A DNA stretch of 64,000 nt from an uncultured bacterium (GCA_965603285.1 CBFDCK010000001.1:14152-78151); one strand, 5' to 3'. Shown: positions 10,404-21,164, numbered from the stretch's first letter. A program made the numbers and translations. The notes: generated from the sequence alone by a model not told the origin.

Positions 10404-11603
10404 CTAAATCCCATCCAAAATTCGCTCGGCGCGAGCCTTCCAGGTGTATTGGGCGGCGTCCTTTCTTGCCTGGATTGCCAACTGCTCCAACCGGTCGTGG
10501 TTGGAGCGCAGATTTTGGATTTCGCCGGTCCAAGCATCCACATCATCAGGTGGTAGGAGGACGGCGTTTTGCGGGTTCAGCACCTCTCTTAAAACTTGTA
10601 AGTTGCTGGAAAGTATAGCTCGACCGCAGGCCATGTACTCAAAAAGCTTCATGGGACTCAGATAACGGGAAATATCGCCGCCTGAAGAAGCAGCCACTTT
10701 GTGCTGGTAAGGCATCATCAGAACGTCACAGGCGGCTTGGTAGAGAGGCAATTCGGCGTTAGGCACAAAACCAACCAGGATAATATTGTTTAATCCCATA
10801 GATTGAACATCGCCTTCCAAACGTTTGATTTCTGCCGGTTCGCCTCCAACCAGCAGGTAGGTAATGTCGGGAGTGCAGGTCGCCATTTTTAGGAGCATGC
10901 TCACACCTCGGCCGCGATATAAATGCCCGGTGTAACCTGCCGTAAAACTTTCGGGTGAGAGAGTTGAATCCCTTAATTTGCTCTGGGATAGCAACTCGCG
11001 GGCGTCGGTGGGACCAGGCAAGCCGGCATAACGGTCTAGATCTACACCGTCTGGGGCGATGATAGTGAATGGAGGGATAAGCGGTGTGTTGAATTCCTGT
11101 GCGAGGTCTTGCGCAAGGGACAGGGTTATCACGACCAGCCTGCGAGCCCCTGCCCCTTTGAGGAAGCGGCGAAATAACCTGGTGCCGAAGGACCCGTGGG
11201 GGAAGTCGTGAATTTCAAAGATCACGGGATTTTTAAGAGTGCTGGCAAGAGCGGCGACCTGGGGTAAGCGTGTGTAGATCAAATCCGCCCCCCATCGTCG
11301 CGCCCAATGGATAGCCTGTAAACTGAAGTCGTAACGGCGCAGGGTTGGTCTGGCGGGAAACCATGTAATTGGAAATTCTGCCTGAAGACCATAATGGTGA
11401 GAGAGTGTATCCCAAGAGTGCATTAAATTGGGTGTGTCGGCTGGAAGAGCATCGTGGACTTGATTGCTATTATTATCTTCGACCGGGACGGCAAGGTGCA
11501 CATTGTGACCGAGGTTGACCATCGCCTGAGCCATTTTCATCACCTGGATTGTGTTTGCGCGCCGAGCTGGAATCTGGGTTGGAGCGATAACGGCAATTTT
11601 CAT
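10404..11603 (-). CDS. glycosyltransferase family 4
   Basis: 'APDGVD', 'GYTGHLYRGRG', 'SPMKLFEYMACG', 'YTWKARA'. Confidence 0.9.
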   Translation of the reverse strand: MKIAVIAPTQIPARRANTIQVMKMAQAMVNLGHNVHLAVPVEDNNSNQVHDALPADTPNLMHSWDTLSHHYGLQAEFPITWFPARPTLRRYDFSLQAIHWARRWGADLIYTRLPQVAALASTLKNPVIFEIHDFPHGSFGTRLFRRFLKGAGARRLVVITLSLAQDLAQEFNTPLIPPFTIIAPDGVDLDRYAGLPGPTDARELLSQSKLRDSTLSPESFTAGYTGHLYRGRGVSMLLKMATCTPDITYLLVGGEPAEIKRLEGDVQSMGLNNIILVGFVPNAELPLYQAACDVLMMPYQHKVAASSGGDISRYLSPMKLFEYMACGRAILSSNLQVLREVLNPQNAVLLPPDDVDAWTGEIQNLRSNHDRLEQLAIQARKDAAQYTWKARAERILDGI

Positions 11604-12955
11604 GTCTGGGCACGCTTTTTATTCATTAAGGAACGTATCTTGAATACGTAAATAATTGAGTTTGCTATGTAATACCCGGACAATAATACCGCGCTCGCTA
11701 GATATCCGAATCGAGGTACCAGGAGGATGACAAAAAACACTTTGATTCCTGCCAGCGCCAGGTTGACCCTGGCAGGAAAATCGGGATGCCCTAAGGAGAG
11801 CAGCACCGCGCGCCGCCAGTAGAATGTATTGGAAACCAGAAGACCCAATAGCAGGATAAGTAACGCTGGGTATGCCGGCAGGTATTCGGGGGTGTAAATA
11901 TAGCGTATGACAAGCGGACCAAGGAATATCAGACCAATTGTAGCCGCGAAAGTGTAACTCCCCGCTAAAATGGAACCCTGGCGCATTATGTAGCGTATAT
12001 TCCCCCAATTTTTCTTATCCGCCTGGCGAGAGATTTCCGGATATGTGGATTGCGTTAATGGGGTGACTGGTAATTGAACGATGTTTGCAAGAGACAGAGC
12101 TAGCTTGTAATACCCTGCTTCAAGGGGAGTGCGGAAAAATGAGACCCATAGAATCTCGCTATCTTTAGTCACCAGGCTAATGGTTGCGCTGATATTCGTG
12201 TTTACGGCGAAATGAGCGAGTTCGCGATATTTATCCCTAAGTAATCTTATTGGGACTATCCACCATTGATAACCCCATTGGCGCGTTGCAAGAAATACCG
12301 CTGCTAGGGTTATACCAATGGCACCGATTATCTTACCGATTAAATACGAAAACAGGATTTCCTTCAGACCGCCTTGCGCTATATAGGTAATGGTAATTAA
12401 AGATAATGTGATGACGCTCTGCCCAATGTTTACGGTCGCTATCCGGCGAAACCTGTCGAAAATTTGTAGAAGACCTAATGAACTCTCTGTTATGAAATTA
12501 GCGGGAATAACCAGCCCGTAGATCATAAATAGACTGGTTGTACTCGGGTCCTTGGCGAGGTATTTCGCGCCGAAGGGTGCCAGCAACAGAATTAAACCAA
12601 ATGCAAAAATCGAAGTAAGCATCTCGAAAATAGCTGCAAGCTTAAAAACCGCTGCCGCACGCTGGTGATCGCGAGCTTCGGTGTAGTATCCGACGTATTT
12701 TACAACCAGCTCGGACATTCGAAATGATGCAAGTTTATTGACGACGCTCACGAACAGGATGATTGCACCTAAAATACCAAAGTTCTCCACACCCAATAGC
12801 CGTGCCACCAGGATGCCCTGCAGCATGCTGAGTGCGGCGGATATGCTGGTGGAGCTGAAGAGATACCCCGAGTTCTTAATTAAGCGGCGTATCAGTGCAT
12901 TTTCGAAAAAGTGATGGAAGTGCTTGCGCAACCAGTCGTTTAATCGTCGCGGCAT
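11600..12955 (-). CDS. Wzx/MOP-family oligosaccharide flippase
   Basis: About 12 TMs; 'ARLLGVENFG', 'AGYYKLA', 'YPEIS'; 4-nt overlap with GT4. Confidence 0.85.
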   Translation of the reverse strand: MPRRLNDWLRKHFHHFFENALIRRLIKNSGYLFSSTSISAALSMLQGILVARLLGVENFGILGAIILFVSVVNKLASFRMSELVVKYVGYYTEARDHQRAAAVFKLAAIFEMLTSIFAFGLILLLAPFGAKYLAKDPSTTSLFMIYGLVIPANFITESSLGLLQIFDRFRRIATVNIGQSVITLSLITITYIAQGGLKEILFSYLIGKIIGAIGITLAAVFLATRQWGYQWWIVPIRLLRDKYRELAHFAVNTNISATISLVTKDSEILWVSFFRTPLEAGYYKLALSLANIVQLPVTPLTQSTYPEISRQADKKNWGNIRYIMRQGSILAGSYTFAATIGLIFLGPLVIRYIYTPEYLPAYPALLILLLGLLVSNTFYWRRAVLLSLGHPDFPARVNLALAGIKVFFVILLVPRFGYLASAVLLSGYYIANSIIYVFKIRSLMNKKRAQT

Positions 12956-13044
12956 AACTGAGGGAGTTTACAGGAAAAGAAATGAATGTTTTTCTCGTTA
13001 ATCCAATACATTTATAGTCAGGTAAAACGAGTTCGGCAGAAACA

Positions 13045-14034
13045 TTATTCAGTATCCACAAGTCGGGTCCAGGAGTGTTCGGTACGGTACCAGTCAACTA
13101 GGTTCGTAATGCCTTCGAGCAGTCCAACCCGCGGTTCCCAGTCGAGCAATTTTTTTGCTTTTTCTATGTTGGCCCAATTTGCGCGCATATCAGCAGGATG
13201 GGCGGGTAGTTGTTCGACAAATGCGGTTTGACCAAGGAGTTCTTCTAAGATGTGAATCAACTCGTTTATTTTTAGAATCTCGTGTCCGCCCAGGTTTATG
13301 ATTTCGTAGCCCAGTGGTTTGAGACCCAGGATTGTGCCGCGGGCGATATCGTCGATGTAAGTGAATCCGCGTGACTGTTCTCCATCTCCGAACAACTTTA
13401 CTTTACGCCCTTCGCTGATCCACTGTGTAAAGCGGAACATGCTCATATCTGGGCGACTTGCAGGTCCATATACGGTAAAGTAGCGAACAACGGTGACGTC
13501 AATCCCGTAAAGATAGTGGTAGGTAAAAGTAAGTGCTTCGGCGCTTATTTTACTGGCAGCATAAGGTTGGAGAGGCTTGCTGCTGTCAGCCTCTTCAGGT
13601 GTAGGCAAGGGTGCATTTGATCCATAAACGCTGGACGTAGAGGCCATGATAAATTTAGGGATCTCATATAGACGAGATAGCTCCAGCAAGTTGAGGGTGC
13701 CGGTCACGTTTGTATTGATATAGAGCCAGGGATCTTCCAGCGCTTGGCGTACACCTGCACGGGCGGCAAGGTTGATAATGGCGTCATATGACTTTATTCG
13801 ACCATTGTGTGTAAAATCTGCACATTCGAGAGCGTTTTGGTCGCTGATGTCAACGTGATGAAAGTTAAAATTAGGGTGATCGGTTAGATGTTTGAGACGC
13901 CAGTGTTTCATTCTAACATCATAGGCGTCATTGAGGTCGTCAATACCTGCAACGAAGTGACCATCTTCGAGCAGCATTTCAGTCACCCGGGCGCCAATAA
14001 ATCCTGCCGCACCTGTTACTAAATAATTCGCCAT
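13045..14034 (-). CDS. NAD-dependent nucleotide-sugar epimerase (UDP-glucuronate 4-epimerase-like)
   Basis: 'TGAAGFIG', 'LAARAGVR', 'YAASK', 'RYFTVYGP..RPDM'. Confidence 0.9.
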   Translation of the reverse strand: MANYLVTGAAGFIGARVTEMLLEDGHFVAGIDDLNDAYDVRMKHWRLKHLTDHPNFNFHHVDISDQNALECADFTHNGRIKSYDAIINLAARAGVRQALEDPWLYINTNVTGTLNLLELSRLYEIPKFIMASTSSVYGSNAPLPTPEEADSSKPLQPYAASKISAEALTFTYHYLYGIDVTVVRYFTVYGPASRPDMSMFRFTQWISEGRKVKLFGDGEQSRGFTYIDDIARGTILGLKPLGYEIINLGGHEILKINELIHILEELLGQTAFVEQLPAHPADMRANWANIEKAKKLLDWEPRVGLLEGITNLVDWYRTEHSWTRLVDTE

Positions 14035-14093
14035 TAGGTTTCCTTGTGTTTGGATGTGGGGGAAGAAATCAGTTCTTCTCTCCAGATTTCCGT

Positions 14094-15416
14094 TTACAAT
14101 TTGTGAACTTTCGGATTACCTTGTCCAATGTCACCGATAGCGTTGCGCGTGTCTACGATAAGTTCGGCTTCTCGCAATATGGCTGCGTAATCATAGTTGC
14201 TGTGGTTTGTGATTATTACCACGCAGTCGACATCCCGCAAAGTCTTGGAGAGGTCGGGTACACTGGTTTTTTCCCAATCATCGTGCTGCAGCTTTTTAAT
14301 GTAGGGATCGTGGTAGGATACTTTTGCGCCCTTATTTTCCAACAAAACGATCACATCCAGGGCAGGAGATTCACGCAGGTCGGCTATGTCTGGCTTATAA
14401 GCAGCACCTAAAACCAGAACATGGCTTCCTTTGAGTGGTTTTCTTTGCTCATTCAAGGCATCTTGGATTTTTGCGACCACGTATATGGGCATGCTCGTGT
14501 TGATTTCTGAAGCCAATTCAATGAAACGGGCTGTGTAATTTAGCGTGCGCAATTTCCAGGAAAGGTAAAGGGGATCAATGGGAATGCAGTGCCCTCCCAA
14601 ACCCGGACCGGGAGTGAATTTCATAAAGCCGAATGGTTTAGTCGCAGCAGCATCAATTACTTCCCACACATCTACTCCAAGTCGATCGCACATCATCGCC
14701 ATCTCGTTTACCAATCCGATGTTGATCATTCGGAAAGTGTTCTCGAGAAGCTTTACCATCTCAGCTACTTCTGAGGAAGAGACTTGTATTACAGTTTGCA
14801 AAGCTTGTGAATACCAAGTTGCAGCGACTTCGCTACATGTGGGGGTAATTCCGCCGATTATCTTAGGAGTATTGAGCGTGGTCCAGTCCTTACGACCGGG
14901 GTCTACCCGCTCTGGAGAAAAAGCCAGGAAAAAGTCCTCGCCGGCGATTAATCCACTGGCTTCTTCGAACTTTGGTAGCAGAATTTCACGCGTTGTGCCA
15001 GGATAGGTGGTTGACTCAAGAACAACGATCATGCCGGGATGAATGTGTCTGGCAAGGTCTTCGGTCGCATCCATGATGAATGACAGGTCTGGATCGCCGG
15101 TTTTTCGTAAAGGTGTTGGTACGCAGATGCTGACAGCTTCGATATCCTGGAGGACACTGAATTCTGTGGTGGCATTGAGTTTGCCGGATGACACCAGCCG
15201 AGCTACCTGTTCGCTGGAAACATCCTGTATGTGACTCTCACCCCGCATGATTGAATCGACTTTATCTTCAGCGGTGTCAATTCCTGTAACCGAGAATCCG
15301 GTCTCGGCAAAGACCACCGCCAGAGGTAAGCCTACATAACCTAGACCTAGGACAGCAATCCGGGCTGAGTGTTCTTCTAATTGGTTTTTTAAGGTTTGTT
15401 GGATCGTAGATGACAT
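14094..15416 (-). CDS. UDP-N-acetylhexosamine/nucleotide-sugar 6-dehydrogenase (WbpA/WecC-like)
   Basis: 'GLGYVGLP', 'CVPTP', 'ESTTYPG', 'KLLENTFR', 'GGHCIP', 'DLRESP'. Confidence 0.92.
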   Translation of the reverse strand: MSSTIQQTLKNQLEEHSARIAVLGLGYVGLPLAVVFAETGFSVTGIDTAEDKVDSIMRGESHIQDVSSEQVARLVSSGKLNATTEFSVLQDIEAVSICVPTPLRKTGDPDLSFIMDATEDLARHIHPGMIVVLESTTYPGTTREILLPKFEEASGLIAGEDFFLAFSPERVDPGRKDWTTLNTPKIIGGITPTCSEVAATWYSQALQTVIQVSSSEVAEMVKLLENTFRMINIGLVNEMAMMCDRLGVDVWEVIDAAATKPFGFMKFTPGPGLGGHCIPIDPLYLSWKLRTLNYTARFIELASEINTSMPIYVVAKIQDALNEQRKPLKGSHVLVLGAAYKPDIADLRESPALDVIVLLENKGAKVSYHDPYIKKLQHDDWEKTSVPDLSKTLRDVDCVVIITNHSNYDYAAILREAELIVDTRNAIGDIGQGNPKVHKL

Positions 15417-15514
15417 ATGTTTCCTTTCTGAATTTGGGCGGAAACCTTGATGGACTAAGGTTTAAAGTTTGCTAATTCTTCTCTCATTGCTGTTGCTCAT
15501 TTTCATCATGAACT

Positions 15515-16402
15515 TTATGGATTGTACTCAAAATAATCTGATAATTGATCACCCATTTTATGGTTTAGGACTTCGATCTGGTCTTGATTTAGATAATCGA
15601 CAAAACCTCTTACTTTACCTTTGCGGGTTTTAAAAGAATTTTTATCTGCCTGGTCACCTGGTCTAAGGATACCAGTAGAGAATTCGCCTTCAGTTTCCAT
15701 CCGCTGCATGTTCTCAAAAGAGGCGAAATTAACTGCTTCACTGATAGCAGCATCTTGTATCGCTTTTAGACCAAGAAAATCCATGATTTTCCGTAATTCT
15801 TGATTGGGATTACTCTTAATATCTTCATAGCGTACAAGTAAAAAATTTTTCGGAATGTAACGATTATCGGCCCATATATTGTAATATTTAAGGATGGTGT
15901 CAAACCCACCATTTCTTCGTTTGATAAAACCCGACAAATCACCTTCAAATATAGGTCTTCGTGTTTCATATGGGTTATCCCCAAACATAGAGCCCCTTTT
16001 TTTCATCTCGAAATAGCTGGAAACAACCACGTCGCGTGGGTCGCGAACCAAAAAAATCACGTCCTTGTCCTTATATCTGACTTTTGACTCCTCTAATTCA
16101 TCGGGTGATTTAAGCATAGGTCGATCATCGTGTATTAATGTTATTTTCGGAATATCGGGTTGAATTCTTGTTTTCCAGTTTAAGAGTAAGATTTCTTCCG
16201 TTTCTGGAAGCGAAAAGTGGTTTGCTATGGCGCGTCCGATCATTAACCTCATCCATGTGCGACCACATTTTGGATAAGAGATCAAATAAACGTCGGTATT
16301 TTTGTGCGCATACCATCGCAAAGCACGCTTTGGAATTAGCGACCTAATCCTTATCCTGGTATCAGGTGAGAGCTTATCGTAAAGAGATCTGACTGAATTC
16401 AT
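15515..16402 (-). CDS. PAPS-dependent sulfotransferase
   Basis: 5'-PSB 'SYPKCGRTW', 3'-PB 'RDPRDVVVS', 'RYED', C-terminal 'RKG..G'. Confidence 0.9.
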   Translation of the reverse strand: MNSVRSLYDKLSPDTRIRIRSLIPKRALRWYAHKNTDVYLISYPKCGRTWMRLMIGRAIANHFSLPETEEILLLNWKTRIQPDIPKITLIHDDRPMLKSPDELEESKVRYKDKDVIFLVRDPRDVVVSSYFEMKKRGSMFGDNPYETRRPIFEGDLSGFIKRRNGGFDTILKYYNIWADNRYIPKNFLLVRYEDIKSNPNQELRKIMDFLGLKAIQDAAISEAVNFASFENMQRMETEGEFSTGILRPGDQADKNSFKTRKGKVRGFVDYLNQDQIEVLNHKMGDQLSDYFEYNP

Positions 16403-16424
16403 ATTCGATGAAGGTTGAAGCGTC

Positions 16425-17051
16425 CTAGAACATGTTCAGTTGCTTGGGTTCTTCTTTAACTTGATGTGCCAGCTCCTGATACTCGGGTAATTCACCAGCC
16501 TGGCTGATTAGTTCTGGAAGCTTCACGAAATCCGCTTCGATCGTGGGTCTCAAGGACCTTTGGTGCAAGGCGGCAGCAGGGTGGTACATAGCAACGATCA
16601 ATCGCCCTCTGACGCGTATAGATTGACCGTGTACCTGACTGATCTTGGCGTTCGGAAGATAGTATGCCATGGAATAGCGACCGAGTGTGACGACAATTCT
16701 GGGGTTGATGGCGAGAATTTGGCGTTCCAGATATTCGCTGCACGCAGATAATTCTTGAGGTAATGGATCGCGGTTTCCTGGTGGGCGGCATTTGATGACG
16801 TTAGCGATAAAAACATCCGAACGTTTTAAATTGATACTGGAAAGCAGTTCTTCCAGGAATTTTCCAGCAGCTCCCACGAACGGTCGTCCTTGTTCGTTTT
16901 CATGAAAGCCGGGTCCTTCTCCGATAAAAATTATCTCGGCATCGGGTGGACCTTCTCCAGGGACAGCCAGTTTACGAGAGTAATGTAGTTCACATTTTGT
17001 ACATTGCGCAACTTCTTTGCCAATCTGCTCTAATTCCTGTGCTGCTTTCAT
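16425..17051 (-). CDS. uracil-DNA glycosylase family 4
   Basis: 'CTKC', 'GEGPG..E..GRPFVG', 'KCRPPGNR', 'YHPAA'. Confidence 0.92.
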   Translation of the reverse strand: MKAAQELEQIGKEVAQCTKCELHYSRKLAVPGEGPPDAEIIFIGEGPGFHENEQGRPFVGAAGKFLEELLSSINLKRSDVFIANVIKCRPPGNRDPLPQELSACSEYLERQILAINPRIVVTLGRYSMAYYLPNAKISQVHGQSIRVRGRLIVAMYHPAAALHQRSLRPTIEADFVKLPELISQAGELPEYQELAHQVKEEPKQLNMF

Positions 17052-17146
17052 GATGTGCTCCTGCGCTCGGTTTTCATAATTGGCAGATTATACAACTTAA
17101 TTTGGTGTGTTTCTATACTGCATAGAAAACAAGATGCTTATTTTAT

Positions 17147-17674
17147 TTAATTGACCAGCTCACTGTTAGCGAGCTGAGCTCCTAGTGTCTCCTCTAACTC
17201 AGAAGCCGTCATGATCAGCGCGTCTTCATTATTGTCGCGGTAATATCTGACTCTGCGACCGACAACAATAAACCCGAAACCGCGGTAAAGTTCCTGAGCC
17301 ATGATGTTATTTGCACGCACCTCCAAAGTAGCCTGATGGGCGCCCTTTTTGACAGCATCCTGAAGGGCAACTAATATTAACCGCTGGGCGATGCCCTTGC
17401 CACGATGGTTGGGATGGATGGCTAAGGTGGCGATGTGGACTTCATCCATGATCAACCAGGAAACAATTACTCCGACGACTTGTTTTTTCCTGCCCGGTGT
17501 ATTCGCTTCGGCTACCCACAGAGTTGAGCGAGTATTGTCGTTCAGTTCATATTGGAAAGCCTTTTTCGGCCAAGGCATGCTGAATGAAATACGGTCAATC
17601 TCCCCTACCTGCTCTAAATCATCCTTCTGCATAGGGCGAATGATCAAAGTATCGGCATGTAGAAAAATACTCAT
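17147..17674 (-). CDS. rimI: ribosomal-protein alanine N-acetyltransferase
   Basis: GNAT 'RGKGIA', 'LEVRANN', 'YYRDNNEDA'; next to tsaB. Confidence 0.9.
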   Translation of the reverse strand: MSIFLHADTLIIRPMQKDDLEQVGEIDRISFSMPWPKKAFQYELNDNTRSTLWVAEANTPGRKKQVVGVIVSWLIMDEVHIATLAIHPNHRGKGIAQRLILVALQDAVKKGAHQATLEVRANNIMAQELYRGFGFIVVGRRVRYYRDNNEDALIMTASELEETLGAQLANSELVN

Positions 17675-18360
17675 CCCGGTATTGGTTGGTTGGAATGTAG
17701 ATAGATAGGTGATAAAGAAGCCGGGTCATCAACTTCACCTGCTTGCCAGCGCTGCCAGGATAATTCTGCCAGGAATGCTGGGCGGCGCAATGATTGAGCA
17801 GGGGAAGCCAAGATGGCGTGTTTGCAATTGTCCTTGAGCAGCTGCCGTCCATCTTCGGTTAGTTCACCACAGACCAAGGTCGGTTTTTTAATACGTTCGA
17901 CCAATTCATCTGGGGTAAGGGTTGCGATTTTTCCAGTGGATTTTCGCTTCCCACCCCGGACTTCATACCAGCCTGCCGCTAACCGGCTGCGACCGGCTTG
18001 AAGCACGGCTACGATCGGTAAATCACTCGCGGGCTGAGCGATGGCTAACGCATCCAGTGATGGAACACCTATCAAAGGGAGCCTTTGTGACAGGGCGATC
18101 CCCTTTGCCAGAGCAAGACCAATCCGTAAGCCGGTGAATGATCCGGGACCGAGGGCGACCCCCAATGCTCCCAGGTCGGATATCTTCAACCCGGATTTAA
18201 TAAGTGCGCTATGGACTGCTGGAGCTAATTCAACGGTATGATAATCCATGCTCCTCCAGACGTACTCTCCGATGACCCGTGTGCCATCGTACAGGGCTAT
18301 ACCCACAGTACGAGTTGATGTGTCAAGGGCTAATAATAGGAGAGGTGGAGGTGAACGCAT
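17671..18360 (-). CDS. tsaB: tRNA t6A biosynthesis protein TsaB
   Basis: 'LALDTST', 'GPGSFTGLRIG', 'PIYL'. Confidence 0.93.
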   Translation of the reverse strand: MRSPPPLLLLALDTSTRTVGIALYDGTRVIGEYVWRSMDYHTVELAPAVHSALIKSGLKISDLGALGVALGPGSFTGLRIGLALAKGIALSQRLPLIGVPSLDALAIAQPASDLPIVAVLQAGRSRLAAGWYEVRGGKRKSTGKIATLTPDELVERIKKPTLVCGELTEDGRQLLKDNCKHAILASPAQSLRRPAFLAELSWQRWQAGEVDDPASLSPIYLHSNQPIPG

Positions 18361-18857
18361 CAGTAGGCTCCAAAAACCTGTTTGCGAAAATTGTTCAGCA
18401 ATGTTTGATAACGGGTTCCGAATGCCGTAAACATCAAGTCGCGCTGGTCATCATCAATCCAATGAAATGCCACTGATAAGCGCTGCGCTGGTAAAGCGTC
18501 CTGGATGCGGTCTGCCCATTCAACCACCAGCGGTCCCCTCGCTATGAATGAGTCGATATCCAGGTCTTCGGCTTCTGTCGCGCTGTTAAGGCGGTAAGCA
18601 TCAAGATGAAATAAACTGCCTCCATCAGGTCTGCGGTAGACGTTAACCAGCACATAGGAAGGGCTTGTGACAGGATCGAGCGAACCCCAACCGGAGGATA
18701 AGCCCTGTACCAGAGTGGTTTTTCCGGCTCCAAGTTCGCCAATTAAACAGATTGCGTCCCCCGGATTCATCAGGGCTCCTAAGTGCATACCCACCCGCCG
18801 GGTTTGATCTGTGCTGTGACTAATAAATTCGAGGGATTGATCATCGAGAATGGGCAT
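18360..18857 (-). CDS. tsaE: tRNA t6A biosynthesis ATPase TsaE
   Basis: 'GELGAGKTT', 'VTSPSY', 'HLDAYRL', 'VEWAD'. Confidence 0.95.
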   Translation of the reverse strand: MPILDDQSLEFISHSTDQTRRVGMHLGALMNPGDAICLIGELGAGKTTLVQGLSSGWGSLDPVTSPSYVLVNVYRRPDGGSLFHLDAYRLNSATEAEDLDIDSFIARGPLVVEWADRIQDALPAQRLSVAFHWIDDDQRDLMFTAFGTRYQTLLNNFRKQVFGAY

Positions 18858-18866
18858 GATGTATGG

Positions 18867-18895
18867 ATTATAAGCTGTGAAGCGGAAAGCGTAAA
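18867..18895 (-). promoter_or_regulatory. sigma70-type promoter of tsaE-tsaB-rimI
   Basis: Minus strand TTTACG-17 nt-TATAAT, 9 nt before the ATG. Confidence 0.55.
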
Positions 18896-18977
18896 GAAGG
18901 AGGTGGGATGATGGATGATGTGTGTTCGAATTTCAACTCAATGAAGGCAATTTGATTTGTGATATTTTCCTGATGTT

Positions 18978-21164
18978 TCAGGATAAAATTTCTAGATGAG
19001 CAAGCGAGGCAGCTACACGTTTTAGTCCCAACTCCTCAAAAAAGATATCTACCACTTCATCACCATCATCAATGCGGCTATTCAGCACCATGCCATCACC
19101 CCAGATGGGATGCTGAACCTGCATCCCAGGATGGAATTTCTGCTGGTAAGCCGATTTGGAATCAGGAGTGTTGTCAACAGCGGCGCTCCAGCGTGTGGAG
19201 CGGTGAAGGGGTGTCCTCCTGGGGCGCGGCGAAGGACGCGAGAACCCTGCATCTTCGATGAGATCATAGGGAATATCATCCAGGAAGCGTGATGCGTCTA
19301 CAGATTCGGGGTAGCCATATAAACTGCGATTTTGCGCGCAGACTAAGTACAGACGATCCATGGCACGTGTAATACCCACGTAAAACAGGCGGCGCTCCTC
19401 CATCATTTCTTCTGGGTCATCGAAAGAGCGGCTATGGGGAAGCGTGCCGTCATTTAAACCTACAATCAAAACGATTGGAAATTCCAGACCTTTCGCAGCG
19501 TGCAGCGTCAGCAGTGTGGGTACGTTCATCGTTCCTGTGAGTGTGTCCTGGTCTGAAACCAAGGCAACTTGTTCGAGAAAGGCAGTGAGTCCTTTTTCGT
19601 GAAATTCGGCTGCTAGGCGGCGTAATTCCATCACATTTTCCCACCGGTCACTGCCTTCATCAGTTCCGTCATCTATATAAGAACGATAATCCACATCCTC
19701 CAGGATTAGATCAATAAGAGCTAAGGGAGTTAATTTGGATTTTTGGTCGCTCCACTTGGCAAGTAGCCCCCCAAAATTCCTCAATGCTGCGCCGGCTCGC
19801 TTTGAAACCCGCTCTTGATTTGGAGCTGAGGGGTTTCTTCCCAAATCGAGAAGCAAATTACCAGGGGAAACAGCGCTTGTTTGGGCTTGTGTCCGCAGTG
19901 CAATGGAGGATTTGTCCCCGATTCCTCGCCTTGGAACATTGATAATTCGAATCAGACTGATCTCATCGTCCTGATTGTGTACCAGTCGCAGGTAGGCGAT
20001 CACGTCTTTAACTTCGCGACGACCATAAAAGCGCTGGGCACCCACTAGCTTATAAGGTAAGTCAGCTCTCAGGAAAGCCTCTTCCAGAAGGCGGGATTGA
20101 GCGTTGGTGCGGTACATAACGGCGAAGTCTCCAGGTTTTGCGATTCTTCGAGCGACCATGTTGACGATGGTCGTGATCACAAAAACCGCTTCCTCCCGGT
20201 CGTCGTAGACTTCATGCAGGACCACTTTTTGACCCTGTCCGCGAGAAGTGAATAAAAGTTTAGGGGTGCGGTATGGATGGCGGTTTATGATCGCCATGGC
20301 AACATCCAGTATTGCCTGGGTGGAGCGGTAGTTTTGTTCCAGCAGTATCACCTGGGAGTCGGGGAAGTCCTTCTCAAAGCGTAAAACGTTGCGGTAGTCG
20401 GCGCCTCTCCAGCGATAAATGGACTGGTCTGTGTCACCTACAACGAAAATATTGTGATGAAATGTGACTAGGTGTTTAAGCAGTGCATATTGGGCGAAAT
20501 TTGTATCTTGAAACTCATCTACCAGAATATGCTCGTAGAACCGGGCATACTTAGTACGTACCTTTGGGAATTCTTCGAACAGAAAGGCGGTCCAAAGCAG
20601 CAAATCGTCGAAATCGAGAGCATTGCTGGCCAATAGTAATTTCTGGTAGTTTAGATAGACCCGTTGGACGATCTCGTCCCGGAAGGAGTTGATGGGGAAC
20701 TCATCGGGGAGCAGTAAATCATTCTTGGCGTTTGAGATCGAAGCATGAATGCCCGGAGCACGGTAGCGCTTTTCATCCAGGTCCAGGTCTCGAATGATTC
20801 TCTTGACCAGTCCTACCTGGTCGTCAGCATCGAAGATCACAAAGTTTGATTCGAAAGGCAGGTTTTTAGCTTCGCGACGCAGTATTCGAGCGCAGGTGGC
20901 GTGGAAAGTACCTAATGTCATGCCCTGTGTTCCCTGCCCGATCAGATGAATCACTCGACTTTCCATCTCGCGCGCAGCTTTGTTTGTGAAGGTGACTGCC
21001 AATATGTGTCTGGGTCTTACCCCTAACGCGCTGATCAGGTAGGCGATGCGGTGGGTTAAAACGCGCGTTTTTCCCGACCCGGGACCAGCCAGCACGAGCA
21101 CCGGTCCTGGACCTGCGATCACAGCCTGCTGTTGTTGGGGATTGAGACCGGCAGTAAATTCCAT
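18978..21164 (-). CDS. pcrA: UvrD/PcrA ATP-dependent DNA helicase
   Basis: 'AGPGSGKT', 'TFTNKAA', 'VDEFQD', 'HAAKGLEF', 'EERRLFYVGITRA', C-terminal Tudor-like domain; ATG 21164 preferred because ATG 21176 overlaps a TGcTATAAT box. Confidence 0.93.
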   Translation of the reverse strand: MEFTAGLNPQQQQAVIAGPGPVLVLAGPGSGKTRVLTHRIAYLISALGVRPRHILAVTFTNKAAREMESRVIHLIGQGTQGMTLGTFHATCARILRREAKNLPFESNFVIFDADDQVGLVKRIIRDLDLDEKRYRAPGIHASISNAKNDLLLPDEFPINSFRDEIVQRVYLNYQKLLLASNALDFDDLLLWTAFLFEEFPKVRTKYARFYEHILVDEFQDTNFAQYALLKHLVTFHHNIFVVGDTDQSIYRWRGADYRNVLRFEKDFPDSQVILLEQNYRSTQAILDVAMAIINRHPYRTPKLLFTSRGQGQKVVLHEVYDDREEAVFVITTIVNMVARRIAKPGDFAVMYRTNAQSRLLEEAFLRADLPYKLVGAQRFYGRREVKDVIAYLRLVHNQDDEISLIRIINVPRRGIGDKSSIALRTQAQTSAVSPGNLLLDLGRNPSAPNQERVSKRAGAALRNFGGLLAKWSDQKSKLTPLALIDLILEDVDYRSYIDDGTDEGSDRWENVMELRRLAAEFHEKGLTAFLEQVALVSDQDTLTGTMNVPTLLTLHAAKGLEFPIVLIVGLNDGTLPHSRSFDDPEEMMEERRLFYVGITRAMDRLYLVCAQNRSLYGYPESVDASRFLDDIPYDLIEDAGFSRPSPRPRRTPLHRSTRWSAAVDNTPDSKSAYQQKFHPGMQVQHPIWGDGMVLNSRIDDGDEVVDIFFEELGLKRVAASLAHLEILS

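Noticed and set aside
10360..10533. N-terminal extension of the 600-aa ORF
   Set aside because: Overlaps the GT4 3' end; ATG 10359 is the more plausible start
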